Assembly: GCF_000981445.1 (NCBI RefSeq)
Contig: NC_027217.1
Span: forward strand, 2,046,001-2,110,000
Direction of reading: 5' to 3'
DNA: 64,000 nucleotides
Source: Babesia bigemina
Lineage: Eukaryota
Shown here: positions 12,718-24,783 of the stretch, one piece after another
Numbering within the stretch: the stretch's first letter is position 1
How the letters are laid out: every line of letters begins with the position of its first letter
Program-made: the position numbers and the translations under genes
Notes under the pieces: model-generated
Seen by the model: only the letters and a program-made list of their open reading frames with translations
Databases searched by the model: none
What the model was told of the DNA's origin: nothing

Positions 12718-13551
12718 TCAGCGGATGTCCGCCTCGTGCTTTATAGGGTTCAGGTCGACCTCGGGGGCCGCCTCGCTGCCCTGCACGCCCATCGCGTTCG
12801 CGAAGTGGCGCGTGTCGAAGTTCTGCGCGGCGGGGCCCTGGATGATGGGCGAGTTGCCCTTGCCGAATTTCATCTTCTTCGCCGCGGCGTCGTCGCTGCC
12901 GGGGAGGCGGAAGACGCCGTTGGTGATGCCGTTGATCGCCACGGAGTTCGCGTAGGCAGCCTCCTTCAGCTTGTTCATCTCGATGCGCATGGCCTCCATC
13001 GTCTGCTTCAGCCGCAGCACCTCCACCTCGCGCATCGTCGCGTCGTCGCTGCGCGAGTGGCGACGGTCCTCAACCCAGTTAATCAGCCTGTTGGACCCGT
13101 AGATGGCGCACACGGCCACGAAGATGCAGAACAGCACCGTCAACAGACGGCGCGTGCGCCGGTTGAGCCTCGGGCGCGACGAGCGGCCGCGAACAACGTT
13201 CGGGTCTTTAGAGATTATCTCATGCTCGATGTAGCTCTTGTACATGGGAAGCGACTGGGGGATGCCCTTGGCCTTGTCTATCTTGCGCTGCAGCCAGCTT
13301 CCGGCACTGCCGTCACGGGTCTCTTGCTCATGCGCACCGTTGGTGTCGTCGTAGATCGTCTGAAAGGTGCCGCTCTCCACGGGGTTCAGCGGGACGTGCC
13401 CGGCGGTGTGTGACTGCAGGTCCTCGGAAGGGGTATCCGCGCCGTTGCGGGCGAAACACATCGGCACATTCGAGGCCTGATCGCCCTCCTGAGCGGAGGA
13501 AACGGAGCTCCTCAGCGAGGATTTCTTGCTGGAAGCGACCTTGTGATGCAT
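12718..13551 (-). CDS. Hypothetical single-pass membrane protein with coiled coil
   Basis: 277-aa ORF with GC-rich third codon positions. A basic patch precedes the hydrophobic LLTVLFCIFVAVCAIYG, followed by a heptad-like segment. Confidence 0.7.
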   Translation of the reverse strand: MHHKVASSKKSSLRSSVSSAQEGDQASNVPMCFARNGADTPSEDLQSHTAGHVPLNPVESGTFQTIYDDTNGAHEQETRDGSAGSWLQRKIDKAKGIPQSLPMYKSYIEHEIISKDPNVVRGRSSRPRLNRRTRRLLTVLFCIFVAVCAIYGSNRLINWVEDRRHSRSDDATMREVEVLRLKQTMEAMRIEMNKLKEAAYANSVAINGITNGVFRLPGSDDAAAKKMKFGKGNSPIIQGPAAQNFDTRHFANAMGVQGSEAAPEVDLNPIKHEADIR

Positions 13552-14051
13552 CGCGACGAATTAGGTGTATCCCAGACTCAGGCAGAAATACGCATCGCGG
13601 CTCTGCGCGACGCTTCGATAAAGTTGTGGCGGCGTTAGAAGCACATGCCTCGATGCCGGCAGCGCGTTCAAACTCCGAATACACCGTGTCACGGCGGCGC
13701 ACACTCGGCACATGAACCCCGCGCGACTGCCGACGACAGACCACCTCCAACACTCGGAGCCGCTGGTTGTTGGACGGAACGTTTCGGGCGTTGGGTCAGA
13801 CGGCGATATTGGCTGTGGCTGCGGCGCCAGGGCCGGATGTGCGACCGCCGTGTCGGGCCGCACGGGCGTCATCCTCAGCGCTCAGATCTGGAAACCCCGT
13901 TCATACGCCAGCCGCGGCAAATGCATATACACATAAACAGTTTACGGGCATGTGGTGTGCGCTTGTGGACCGATTCCAACATCGTCGGATACTCGTAGGC
14001 GCCCAGCGGCTGCTGTGCGGGCCGCTTAGGCGCCTTTTCCGTTCGTCCAGA

Positions 14052-15387
14052 CTACGCCGCGGCCTTGTCCGCCTCCTTCTCGGCAGCGTCCTCGCCGTCC
14101 TGCGCAGCCTTGGGCTTCCTGACCTTCGGGTTCAGGGCCATCTGCACGGAATGACTCAGCAGCCGGCACACCACTTACCGAAAGCAGCTTCTTGAGCGCC
14201 TCGTCCTGCACGGAGTGCTCGGGGCTGCAGATAGCCTGCTGCGCGAAAGGCACGCCGCTGATCTTCTTAGTGCCGCCCGCGAGCAGCAGCACCACGAAGC
14301 GGAAGTGAGCCACCAGCTCACCCGCCTTCTCAGTCTCCACGACGTACGGCATCACCAGCTTGTGGCGCACGGCCTCGGGCAGGCCCACCTTCAGCACGCG
14401 CTCGTCCTCGAAGGAGCTGATGTGGAAGGGGAACACGGGGAAGCCTGCGTTTCGTGTTTGGGGGCACAGCGGGGCACTTACGCGAGTTGACCTGGGATAT
14501 AAAGGCCCTGCCCAGCGTTGTCTTCAGCGTGTAGCGGTTCTGCACGTCCATGCGGTACACCGTCGTCTTGTGCTCGGTGGCCTTCGGCTTGCCCTCGCCG
14601 GTGCTCACCAGCACGTTGAGCGCGTACGCCTCGTTCAGCGCGAAGGTGAACGGCTCGCTCTTCTCCTCGATCCTGGTGCTGCTGGGGAAGTAACGGCTCC
14701 CGTCGAGCACGTGGCGCTTCATCTCGTGGTTCACGTAGCCCATCAGGGGCGTGCATTTGAACTCCGACGCCACCTGCTCGATCACCTTCGTGACCTTCTG
14801 GCTGGAGTTGCCGACCTTCATCTCACGCAGCGCGGCCTCGCAGCAGGTCCACGCCGCGGCGAGCACATTGGCAGCCTTCCCGGTCACGGACTCGCCGTTG
14901 AACACGGTGTGCGACACGATGCCGACGTAGCCGTCTACGTGGCACCCGAGCGTGATTTTCACCATGTCGCCGTCCGCGACGCACGCGCCGTCGTCGACGG
15001 GCGAGAAGTAGTCGCACAGCTCGTTAATGGCGATACAGGTGGGGAAGGCAATGCCCTTTTCGATCTGCGGGGGTTGGCGCCGACACTGATGGTCACCTAC
15101 CTTGCGGCCGTTCTCCTTCTTGTTGTAGATCTTAGCCGTCTCCTGGAGCAGCGTGTCATCGCCCAGCTTGCACAGCGACTTCACGGAAGCACCTGCGCGT
15201 TTTGACCGCTGAATCCAATCGCGCGCGACTAACCGGTTTTGATCGCCGCAATCACCTTCTGAAGCGCGGCGTTGGCGATGGTGGATGCCGTGCGATACTT
15301 GGTGACGATGTCGGAGTTAGACAGGTCATTTTCGTTGCCTTCCACCTTCACATCGGCGCCGGTATTTGATGCACCCGTGGACGCCAT
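14052..15387 (-). CDS. PA2G4: Proliferation-associated protein 2G4 / Ebp1 / Arx1 (M24-like fold); multi-exon
   Basis: DIVTKYRTASTIAN, KGIAFPTCIAIN, LGCHVDGY, YALNVLVSTGEG, FPF and VAHFRFVVLLL; stop at 14052 after the last intron. Confidence 0.9.
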
Positions 15388-16307
15388 TATCTGCGCGCGA
15401 TTAGAAACGCATCAACGAGGCGGCACACGCTCGAACGATGATACACCGACACCTGGGGAAAATACGAAATTCATAGGCGCGTTAACGGCCGGCACCCCGC
15501 CTAAAATACGGTACCAATTAGTCACACATTTCGCTCGCTAGCGCCGGCCGCAGCATCGCGGAGAGCTGGCACGGGCAGGACGAATCCGTTACGTGGGCGG
15601 CAACCTACCGTTGTTGAGCACCGGAGTGTCGGTTTTAGGAAGCCAATTGATTGCAGTGACGAGAAAACAGTCGACCAGAAGCGGAGGATAACAGGGATCG
15701 AAGGGGAAGTGATGCCGCGGCCTAGCCCACCTTCCGCGTGGTGTCGCGTTACACCCCGCTCGGCGCAGACGGCGTGGTGGTACACTCGCCGCAGCCAACA
15801 CCACGCCGAAATACAGGCGTTTACAAATCTAGTGTTACAACACACCGCGTTGAGTGGGCCTTTTCGGCCGATTTCGCGGCCTGTTTACTCCGCGGCAACA
15901 GCGCAGGGGCGCCAGGCTCACCGGCGGCGCAGCTCACGATTATCGAAAGTTGATGCGTTGGTCTGCCGCACACGCCACTGGGAAATGAAGGCTACATGCA
16001 TTAATCGTCTTTATCAACGTTCAGCGGCTACGCCTTTTGGCAGGCCGGCCGGCCAGCCAGCGGCAGCGCACTGGGTGCCTTGCCGCTGGCCCTGGGTAAA
16101 ATATTGATGTAAGCACGACGTCTGACGTTCTTCGGAGCATGCGTGTTCGTTGGCGTCCATTCTCGAAATAAAAGGATCCTGATGTGCCTTTGTTCCAGGC
16201 CTATGGTCGACGGTGGCGTCCAGTTGTCACTGTCACTTCAGGTTGGATGGCTTGGTCACGACGACTGGGATGGGAGTTGCCCACGGTTGCGCCTAGAGAC
16301 CGTGTCT

Positions 16308-17267
16308 CTACCTGCGCCTCGGGATGATGACGTGCTCGGTGTTGCGCACGTCGTTGATGCAGACGCCGCCGGCGAACGACACGGCGGACTGCAGGTCCTG
16401 CTCGATCTCCACCATCTTCTCGTAGAGCGAGCCGCCGCACGGCACGAACACCTCGATGCCCTCCACGCGGTGGGCGCTCTGCTTGTTCACGGCCGACGCG
16501 TTGCCGTAGTAGCTCTTGACCTTTATGCCGTCCTTCACCTGGGTCTCACCGGGGGTCTGCACGAACCCGGTGTAGAAGTAGCCGGACATCACCCAGTCGG
16601 CGCCCATGTGGATGGCCTTCACGATGTCGCCGCTCATGCGGCACCCGCCGTCGGCAATGATGACCTTGCGAGCCGCGCGCGCGCACTCTTGGATGGCGGA
16701 CAGCTGCCAGCCGCGGGTGCCGAAGCCGGTGCGCGTCGAGGTGCTGCAGACGTAACCGGGACCAAGGCCCACCTTCGTGGCGTCAGCGCCCCAGCTCTCG
16801 AGGTCGCGCACGCCCTGCGCAGTGGCCACGTTGCCCGCGATGATGAACGTCTCGCTCCCGAAGTTGCTGCGCACGAAGGCGATCATCTTGCGCATCGCCT
16901 CGACGTGCCCGTGCGCCACGTCGATGGTGAGGTACTCGGGCACCAGGTTCGCCGCCTTCAGCTCCTCAACCACCTTGTACGAGTCCGGCTGCACGCCGAT
17001 GGACACGGAGACGAAGAGCTCGAGCTCCCGCATCCGGCGGGCGAACTCCACGGTGTCGATGTTGAACCTGTGCATGACGTAGAAGTAGTCGCGCTTCGCC
17101 AGCTCGATGGCGATGTTCTCGTCGATGATCGCGGGCATGTTGGCAGCCATGAGCGGGATGCGGAACCTGCGCTTCCCAAGCTGGGCGGACACGTCGGCCA
17201 TGGCGCGGCTCTCCAGCACACCCCTGCGGGGGACGAGCATGACGTCCTCGAAGTCGAAGACCTCCAT
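16308..17267 (-). CDS. guaC: GMP reductase, bacterial GuaC type; intronless
   Basis: MEVFDFEDVMLVP, ANM, YFYVMHRF, TIDVAHGH, IAGNVAT, DATKVGLGPGYVC, TGFGTRGWQL, IIADGG and EIEQDLQSAVSFAGG. Confidence 0.9.
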   Translation of the reverse strand: MEVFDFEDVMLVPRRGVLESRAMADVSAQLGKRRFRIPLMAANMPAIIDENIAIELAKRDYFYVMHRFNIDTVEFARRMRELELFVSVSIGVQPDSYKVVEELKAANLVPEYLTIDVAHGHVEAMRKMIAFVRSNFGSETFIIAGNVATAQGVRDLESWGADATKVGLGPGYVCSTSTRTGFGTRGWQLSAIQECARAARKVIIADGGCRMSGDIVKAIHMGADWVMSGYFYTGFVQTPGETQVKDGIKVKSYYGNASAVNKQSAHRVEGIEVFVPCGGSLYEKMVEIEQDLQSAVSFAGGVCINDVRNTEHVIIPRRR

Positions 17268-17771
17268 TATCAACTCAAAGACAGACGAATAGGTCGGTGC
17301 ACACGGAAGGTGCGGTTCACAACGGGGTGCTGGCGCGATTTAACGGCCAGTCGATTGCGCTTCGATGCGAGTGTGGTCTGTCCGCGGGATTATGGGTCAC
17401 GCGGACATGGCGGCACCCAGAAATAAGTATGGCGAATCTAACTGTGCAGTTCAGCGAGCACGTGCTGACCTACCAAATCGAAAAATAGGTGTAGCCGAAC
17501 GCCGCAATGTGTGCACGCCGTCTTCCACACCGCCCGACGACGACGACACCGCAACGGCAGATTAGACAGTGGAAGACACAATATACACGCACATTTGCGT
17601 GTCTACGTCTCGCAATTTAACCAACGCGCCGTCCTTCTAGCGCCGGCTCGGAACACTTTCGCACATGTTACAGCAGTAGCGTACGCGGCCCCAATACCGG
17701 ACGGCCGGCAGAGCCTGAGAGCCACGCAGACACCACTCAGCGCGCCTTGCGGCGGCAACACCTATCGCAAA

Positions 17772-19748
17772 ATGTGGCTTTTGAGGCGCTTCGGCCGCTG
17801 TTTCAGCCTCGCGGTGGCGCAAAACGGCGGCGCTCACGCCCTGGCACGCCGCTCCGCGGCCCGGTTGCCGGCTCCTCCAGGGGCCAGCAGAGGGCTTGTG
17901 ACGTCGACACAGTACCACAGAGATATAGTAGAACGGGCGGGCGCCTGTTCTAAGCACGTTTCCCACGACAACGCGGCGCGACTGCTCTCGCAGTTCGTCG
18001 ACGGCGGATTTGACGCGTCCAGGCTGCGCGGATTCTTCGCCTCAGAAGGGGGCAGAGAGGGAGGCAAGGGGCAGGGGCTCAGCATCGAAGACTACCTCGT
18101 GATTCTACAGGTGGGTGGTGGCACGGGCGGCGCATGTGTTCCCAGCTTTGCAAGCAGCTGGAGTTCCAGGATCTGGACCTCCTGTCTTCACTCTCGGAGG
18201 ATGTGCGACTCGCATTCGTGAAAACGTACGCCAAGCCGGTGAAAAAAAGGCGCGGCAGGGTGCCGGTATCAAAGGATGCCGATACCAGCACCGCTGCTGA
18301 TGACAGGCCTCGATCGGTGCCTACCCGGGAATTCCAGGTTGACACGTCGCGGGTGCCTGCCCTAAAGGATGCTGTGAAAGGTAGGTGAAGCTGACGCTTA
18401 TAGTCATTTGATTCGCAGCTACCAGCGTGATTTTCAACGAGCTACGGATACTGCACGACCCTCTGTTCGCCACCATAGGCGACCTGCTGTTGGAGCGCTC
18501 CGAAGGTGCGCACGCGAAGCACAAATCAAAACGCGTGCAGAAATCTCAACGGAAGAAGCGGAGCTGTTGTTACGCACGTACGCAACGCAGAACTACAGGG
18601 ATCACGCCGTTGTCAATCTGCTGGTGCGCAAGGTTGAGGTAGGTAGCAGCCGATAACACAACACGGCCGTTTACACGTGGAAGTGCTCAATACTGGCGCA
18701 GACGGATGTGGAAAGCATGGGAAGGGGTACTGTGCTGAGCGTATACCGAAGTCTTTCACACTTGGAATTAATATCGCCGCCACTGTGCTCGGCCCTGGAA
18801 AATCGGCTGTGCCGGCGCAGCGACGACGGGAACGAAATACGCTTCACGTTCCACGACGAAATTGACGTCAACCAGCTGGTGAAGTTAGGCTACTCAAAGC
18901 TTATTCAAGGGAGTGCCGATCCCGACGCGTTCTGGTTCGTTCGCGGCGTTCTACATACGTGAGTTGCCATCATGTAAACGCACATGGTTTGGCAGCGTTG
19001 CCGAGAAGCTTCCGACCAGCGCCGCGTCTCTGACCGCTAGCAGCAAACGGTATGATAGCATATGATACTGTATAAAGTGCGCAGGAAGTTGACGACCTTG
19101 ATGGCATATCTGAAGTGCCTTAGTGAGCCGTGCTACTCTACCCTAGGAGGTACAGGGCTTTGAGGGGAGCTTAATTTCACGCGCAGATAAACCCATCGAT
19201 TCTCTTAACGAGGCGATTTGCGCTGATGGCGGGTACAAGAAGTTCCGCACGACCAAGTTCGTGGAAAAGGTAGTAGCCACTTCCCACTACTTATCTCATC
19301 AACAGGTTTCCGAGCACTTGACTAAGCTGCGCATTCGGCACGAAACGGGCATTTACGCAAACGGAGTACTGCTGGATATCATGGAGAAGGATCGCAACGT
19401 CGTTTGGCTGTGCAACTCGTACCACCGCTTCTACGCGGCCAGCTTCGATCCCACGGCGGAGAGCAAGGCCATGGAACGCTTGATCAGGGCCTTCGGGTTC
19501 AAAACGTGCCCTATCAACTACTACCAGTGGGGCAGACTGAAGGCTAAGAGGACGCGGTTCGCCTACCTGCGCATGGCGCGCTACTACGCGCTGCACGACC
19601 AGAGGTGAGCAGCACCTCGATATGCCGGCTCACGCAGCTCAGGGAATACGACCACAGGTATGCCGGATGGAGCCTTCCCTACGTGTGGTGGAACGCTTCG
19701 CGCCAGGACCAAATGCACGTGTCAAACTACATCAAGTACGAGCCTTGA
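17772..19748 (+). CDS. RAP-domain RNA-binding protein, probably mitochondrial; multi-exon
   Basis: Presequence-like MWLLRRFGRCFS, a helical middle, and a RAP-like C-terminus (HQQVSEHL...LLDI...RFY...RLIRAFGFKTCPINYYQW). The last exon ends YIKYEP* at 19748. Confidence 0.7.
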
Positions 19749-20473
19749 TGGAAGGTCAAGTACACGACGGAAGGAAGCGTCAAACGTGGCACGTGATTAC
19801 CACCCTAATGTAATTTGAAGCAGATTCTTTACCTATAAACTAGGGAGATATCGGGCAGCATCGTGCCTGTAGAAACTATCGCGCATCACCGTTGCATCTG
19901 GATTCCACGGCGATGTGCGTAACGATAGAGACGGTCGTTGCGAAACATTAGCGTGGGATACAGCGGATCAGACGAAAGATATATCTCTATGAAATGATTA
20001 TTTCGTGCATAGGTCGGCGTGGAAGCAAATGTGAAGATAAATACGCGTCACATACCAACGCGGCGCCCGGATGAGCTTTGCCTGCCGCACATAAAATGTT
20101 AACCAAATGACGGCATAAATCTATAAAAATGTTGCAATAAAGGTATGCTCCGTTGAAAATCGACGGGCACTGTGGAATTCGGCTCTGAAATTCCAAATGA
20201 ATTTTTGTCCTAGTATTCGACCAGCAAACAACGCGTCTGCAGGTCGCCGCCATCTCAGACGTAATATGTGCTGAATCGCAAATGTTCGCCGGAAAAATCG
20301 GCTCTAATAAGCACATAAGTACAGTAGTTCCAATTTTTTGCGTTCGCTTCGACTGACGTCGGAGATTCGTGTATCCTTCTGTGCATAACTCGCAGGCGTA
20401 ACGCAGTATTTATTCGCGGCGGGCATTTTGTTGCCGGCAGATGGCCGGCTAGGGCGGAATCGCCAGAAATAAC

Positions 20474-22203
20474 ATGGAGGATCGGCCCCTTGTATCGACA
20501 TCGCGCAGCCTCATGGAACGGATCAGCTTCGGCCTTTTCGGCCTCTCCAAGCGTGTGATACAGCGCAACTTGTCGCGCGTGCAGCCGGAAGAACCTACGC
20601 CGAGCAAGTCGACGGACCAGGCGTACGACTCCTACGGGTTCTCGGTGTCGGACAACGCCTTCGCAGACGGAATCAGCGCATACGAGGATTCCTTCAATGA
20701 AAAGCGAGAACGGCGGCTGAAGAGGTACGTGGATCACATGTTATCACTTTTGTTTGTGTAATGTAATGTGCAATGATGTATGCTGCCACGTCGACATATC
20801 AACATGTCGCATGAGCGTGGATGCCAGGTGGCCTCCAATTGGAAACCTGGTGTTGCGTGCGTTGCCGGAAGTTATATATGTTTCGTGGTTTGAAAGTGAC
20901 TATGTGGTCGAGAACCACGATGAGTATTCATTCACACGTTCTGCTGGGTCCGCTGCCAAAAGGAGACTTCATGTCCGTTGCAGGTGGGACGAGATGGACC
21001 TCAAGGGCGAGTGGGACACGAAGGATCCGCTTCCCCTCAAGGTCCTCATACGGAAGGGCATACCGGACCACTACAGGTGAGCGCACGCGTGTACCATATC
21101 AAGCTTGGCAGGGCCAAAATGTGGTTCCAGCTGTCTGGAGCGGAAGAGTTGGGGGCGCAAATCAGGGGACTCTACCCGAGGTGAGTATTGCGAGGACCGA
21201 ATGTGTGCTGATTGGACTAGATGGTGGTGGTGCTGCGTACATGGGCGTCGCGGCGGCAGCCGTGATGTTGAGCAGTACGCGTGAAAACACATTTGCGAGC
21301 TGCAATTGGCTCGGAGTTGTGCATTATTGTGTTAAAGTGCCCTGTTGTTAATGCTAAACATATCGCAGGCTTGTCTCCCAGCCACTCGACCCCAACATCG
21401 TCAAACAAATCGAGATGGACGTCTATCGCACCTTCCCCACCAACCTGAATTACCAGCGGCACTCGGAGGGCACGCTGCGGTTGCGAAACGTGCTGACCGC
21501 TTTTGCCAACTTCGTGCCGTCCGCTGGATACTGCCAGAGCTTCAACTTCTTGGCGGCCATACTGCTTATGTTCATGGAGGAGGAGAACGCCTTCCTCACG
21601 CTCGTACAGATGATCGACTCGCGCATTGACAACAAGGGGCTGAGCGTGCTGGGCTACTACAAGGACCGCATGCTCGCCTTGAAGCGCGACGTGCTGGTGC
21701 TGGAGATGATACTGCGCAAGAGGCTCAAAAAGTTGTACAACCACCTCAAGTAAGTTTTCGCGCCAGGGCATTCGCAGCCTCTTTTCACGACGCTTACACA
21801 CACTCAGAGCCAACGGAGTCGACTTCACGTGCGTCTGCGTCGAGTGGCTCCTCTGCCACTTCTGCATATCGCTGCCGGTAGTTGTTCCTGTAGTGGCCCG
21901 CATCTCGCGCAGATTCACACGGTGTTCCGGGTGTGGGACGTGCTGTTTCACGAGGGGGAGAAGGTGCTGTTCCGCGTCGCCTTCGCCCTCTTCAAGGTGC
22001 ACGAGAAGCGGCTCCTGCAACTAGACAGCGACAAGGACCTGCTCGTGTTCCTCAAATCGATGGGAAACGGCATAGTGCAGCACGACGAATTTCTCAAGGT
22101 CGCCTTCTACCACCTCTCCGCATTCCGGCGCAGTGATATACAGGCGATGAGGCAGCAGGCGACCCGCATGGTAAAGCAGGGCAGTTTGTCTGGCGAGCTG
22201 TAG
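20474..22203 (+). CDS. TBC-domain Rab GTPase-activating protein; multi-exon
   Basis: LIRKGIP...RAKMW, the R-finger QIEMDVYRTFP, the Q-finger GYCQSFNF, and RVWDVLFHEG. Confidence 0.92.
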
Positions 22204-22232
22204 CACATTTCATAAACAGTAGTCACATTTTA

Positions 22233-24781
22233 ATGAATATTTTAAACGCCTTAGAACAGCGACGCCGCGCCTTCGGGGTCGGCTGCGGTCGCCGAGTCGT
22301 GCAGGTCTCACTCGACGAGCCGGGCGTGCCGCTGGCGTCCTTCATAGCCAAGAAGCTCAAGCCCTATTCACGCCTACACGTGCACAGCGGATGTGTAAAC
22401 CGACTGAGGTGGCACAACGACGGGAAGACGCTGGCATCCGTCAGCGACGACCTCACGATTGCACTCACCAACGTCCATGACGTCGACCCGGATTCCGAGG
22501 GCGACGGAGGATTGAGGGCCTTCCGCACATCGGTCATACCCACGCAGCACGTGGGAAACATATTCGGCGTCAGCTTCCTGGCGGGAGGGAGGCGCATCGC
22601 CACGGGCGCCAGGGACTCACGGGTATGCATCTCGGACGTCGTCGAGCGCCAGACGGTGCACTGCTACCGCTGCCACTCGGGCAGCGTTAAGCACATCATC
22701 AACGACGGGCTCACGGACTTCGTCTTCTACTCCGGCAGCTACGATGGCACGGTGCGCCAGTTCGACATACGGGAGCCGCACTCCTGCGACGGCCACTGCC
22801 GCAACATCATCGTCGCATTGGGGCGCGGGATCGACCACAACCCGCGAGGAGTTAGGCGCAGGAAGTGCTCCTGGGCCGACGCAATCTCGGAGGTGGACCG
22901 GTCGGCGATGCAGAATTGGGTGGACCTCGCCTACGCGGAGGCCGCGTGGGCCAACCAGTCGTACGACGGAACCGAAGTCAAGGCCATCGCCATCAACCCC
23001 GTGCAGTCGGAGCAGCTCGCTATCGCGGCGTCCGACAGCATGGTCCGCATTTTCGACCGGCGCAAGCTCTCCATGGGGCATGCGTACAACGACGGCATCT
23101 CGGTCAACTACACCATGCCGATACTCGAAGAGATATACATGCCCAAGCACTTCAAGAACGACGAGACGCGCCTGTTCGCGACCTACCTGGCCTGGTCGCC
23201 GGATGGAGAGCGGCTGGCCGTCACCTACGAAAGCGAGCACGTATACCTGTTCGACCGGAACTTCACCAGCGTAGGGGCGATCAACACGGGCCATCCCGGC
23301 ACATGCGAATTCCAGGACACCTGCGGCAACAACCGCACGACTGCGCGGATCAGGGAGCTGGAATCGCACTACGCGGTATGCCGCGACAAGGCGTGCGCGC
23401 AGCGGAACGTCTCCCAGCTGCTGTACCTGCTGCTCTACCGCAACCACGTCGGCGACGCCGCGCTGTGCGAGAGCATAGCCAAGGAGGCGTTTTTGGCGGA
23501 CCCCGCGAACGCGCTGTTGCTGTTCCGACGCGTCCAGGCGTCGTTGCTGCTGGACAACTACTACATGGCGCGCCGGCTCTGCTTCCGCGGGGCGCGGCTG
23601 TTCCCGGACCACGCCGCGCACTTCAACAAGATACGGAGGCTATGCCTGCTGCTGCTCAACGAGAAGATACGGGAGATCGCCGCCGAAGAAATCACCTCGC
23701 TGCTCAAATCGATTTGCACGGCGCGCGCAATCACGTCCCCCAACACCGACATCTACGCGGAGCACACCATTGAGAACATCGCCAACGAGGGCGGCGAAAG
23801 CGACGATGAGATGCACGTCTCCATCGGGGCGAGTTTCCGCTACTCGATATCGGGCTGGCGCAGGTGGCCGCATCCGGAGACCTGCATCCGCCTGGAGGAG
23901 CACCTGCGCGGCGCCGAAGGGAAGCTGGAGTTCGAGGACAGCCCCAGCCAATCCGAGGCGGAGTCCGACGGGGAGATAGCGGAGGTGGAGTACCAGCACG
24001 AGGTCGACATCGACGAAGAGCACAGCATGGTCTACCAGTTGCGCAGCGCAGCGGATTTCTCCCCCAGGGAGCGCAGGTGGAACATGCACCACTACGTATG
24101 CTTCGACGCCGATGAGGGCGGAGCGCACCCACACCGACCCGCGTACCCGTACGAGTCGTACCCCATCCCCTACGTCCCGGAGCACGACCTCTACCGCGCC
24201 ATCGAAAACCCCAGCTGGCGGCCGGCGGGCAACTGCAGGAGGCTGTGCGGACACTGCAACTTCGGCACCGACATTGCAGAAGTCAACTTCTGGGGCAACG
24301 ACGTGATAGTCAGCGGAAGCGCCGACGGAGCGGTGTACCTCTACGATGTCAAGTCAGGTGAGCATCAAAAAGGTGCCAGTAACGCGCTGCAGGGCGCATT
24401 CTGGACATACTGAACGGCCACGGGGAGAACGTCAACTGCGTGCAAGTTAACCAGCAGGGCACGCTGCTGGCGACAAGCGGGATCGACCACTACATCCAAG
24501 TATGGCGTCCCTCCGGCGACTTCAATGGCATCACGGTAAGTGCCCAGGCAAAACCGCCACACGATCACACCGCGTCCGCAGGAAAGCGAAGTTGAGGAAT
24601 CGGTCGCCAAGGCCCAGGCGTGCTACAACAGGCATATACTCGGAGCGCCACTGACCATCTCGGAACTCACGTAAGAGCTTTACAGCATGTACACTAATTC
24701 TTTATTAGCAACACAGTTCTGCGAGACGTCCTACGTTCGCTACAAACGCCGGGGGAGCCCAGCAATTGCAACATACAATAA
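22233..24781 (+). CDS. WD40 protein, DCAF6/DCAF8/WDTC1-like CUL4-DDB1 substrate receptor; multi-exon
   Basis: HSGCVNRLRW, HVGNIFGVSF, DGTVRQFDIR, RIFDRR, GHCNFGTDIAEVNFWG and LATSGIDHYIQVW. The final exon, 24709-24781, ends ...PSNCNIQ*. Confidence 0.85.
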
Positions 24782-24783
24782 TT

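Noticed and set aside
16100..16185. Possible C/D box snoRNA (ttgatgt...cctga)
   Set aside because: The C box is imperfect, and I could not identify a terminal stem or rRNA guide.
16308..17267. IMP dehydrogenase call
   Set aside because: No CBS domains; the length and motifs fit GuaC-type GMP reductase.
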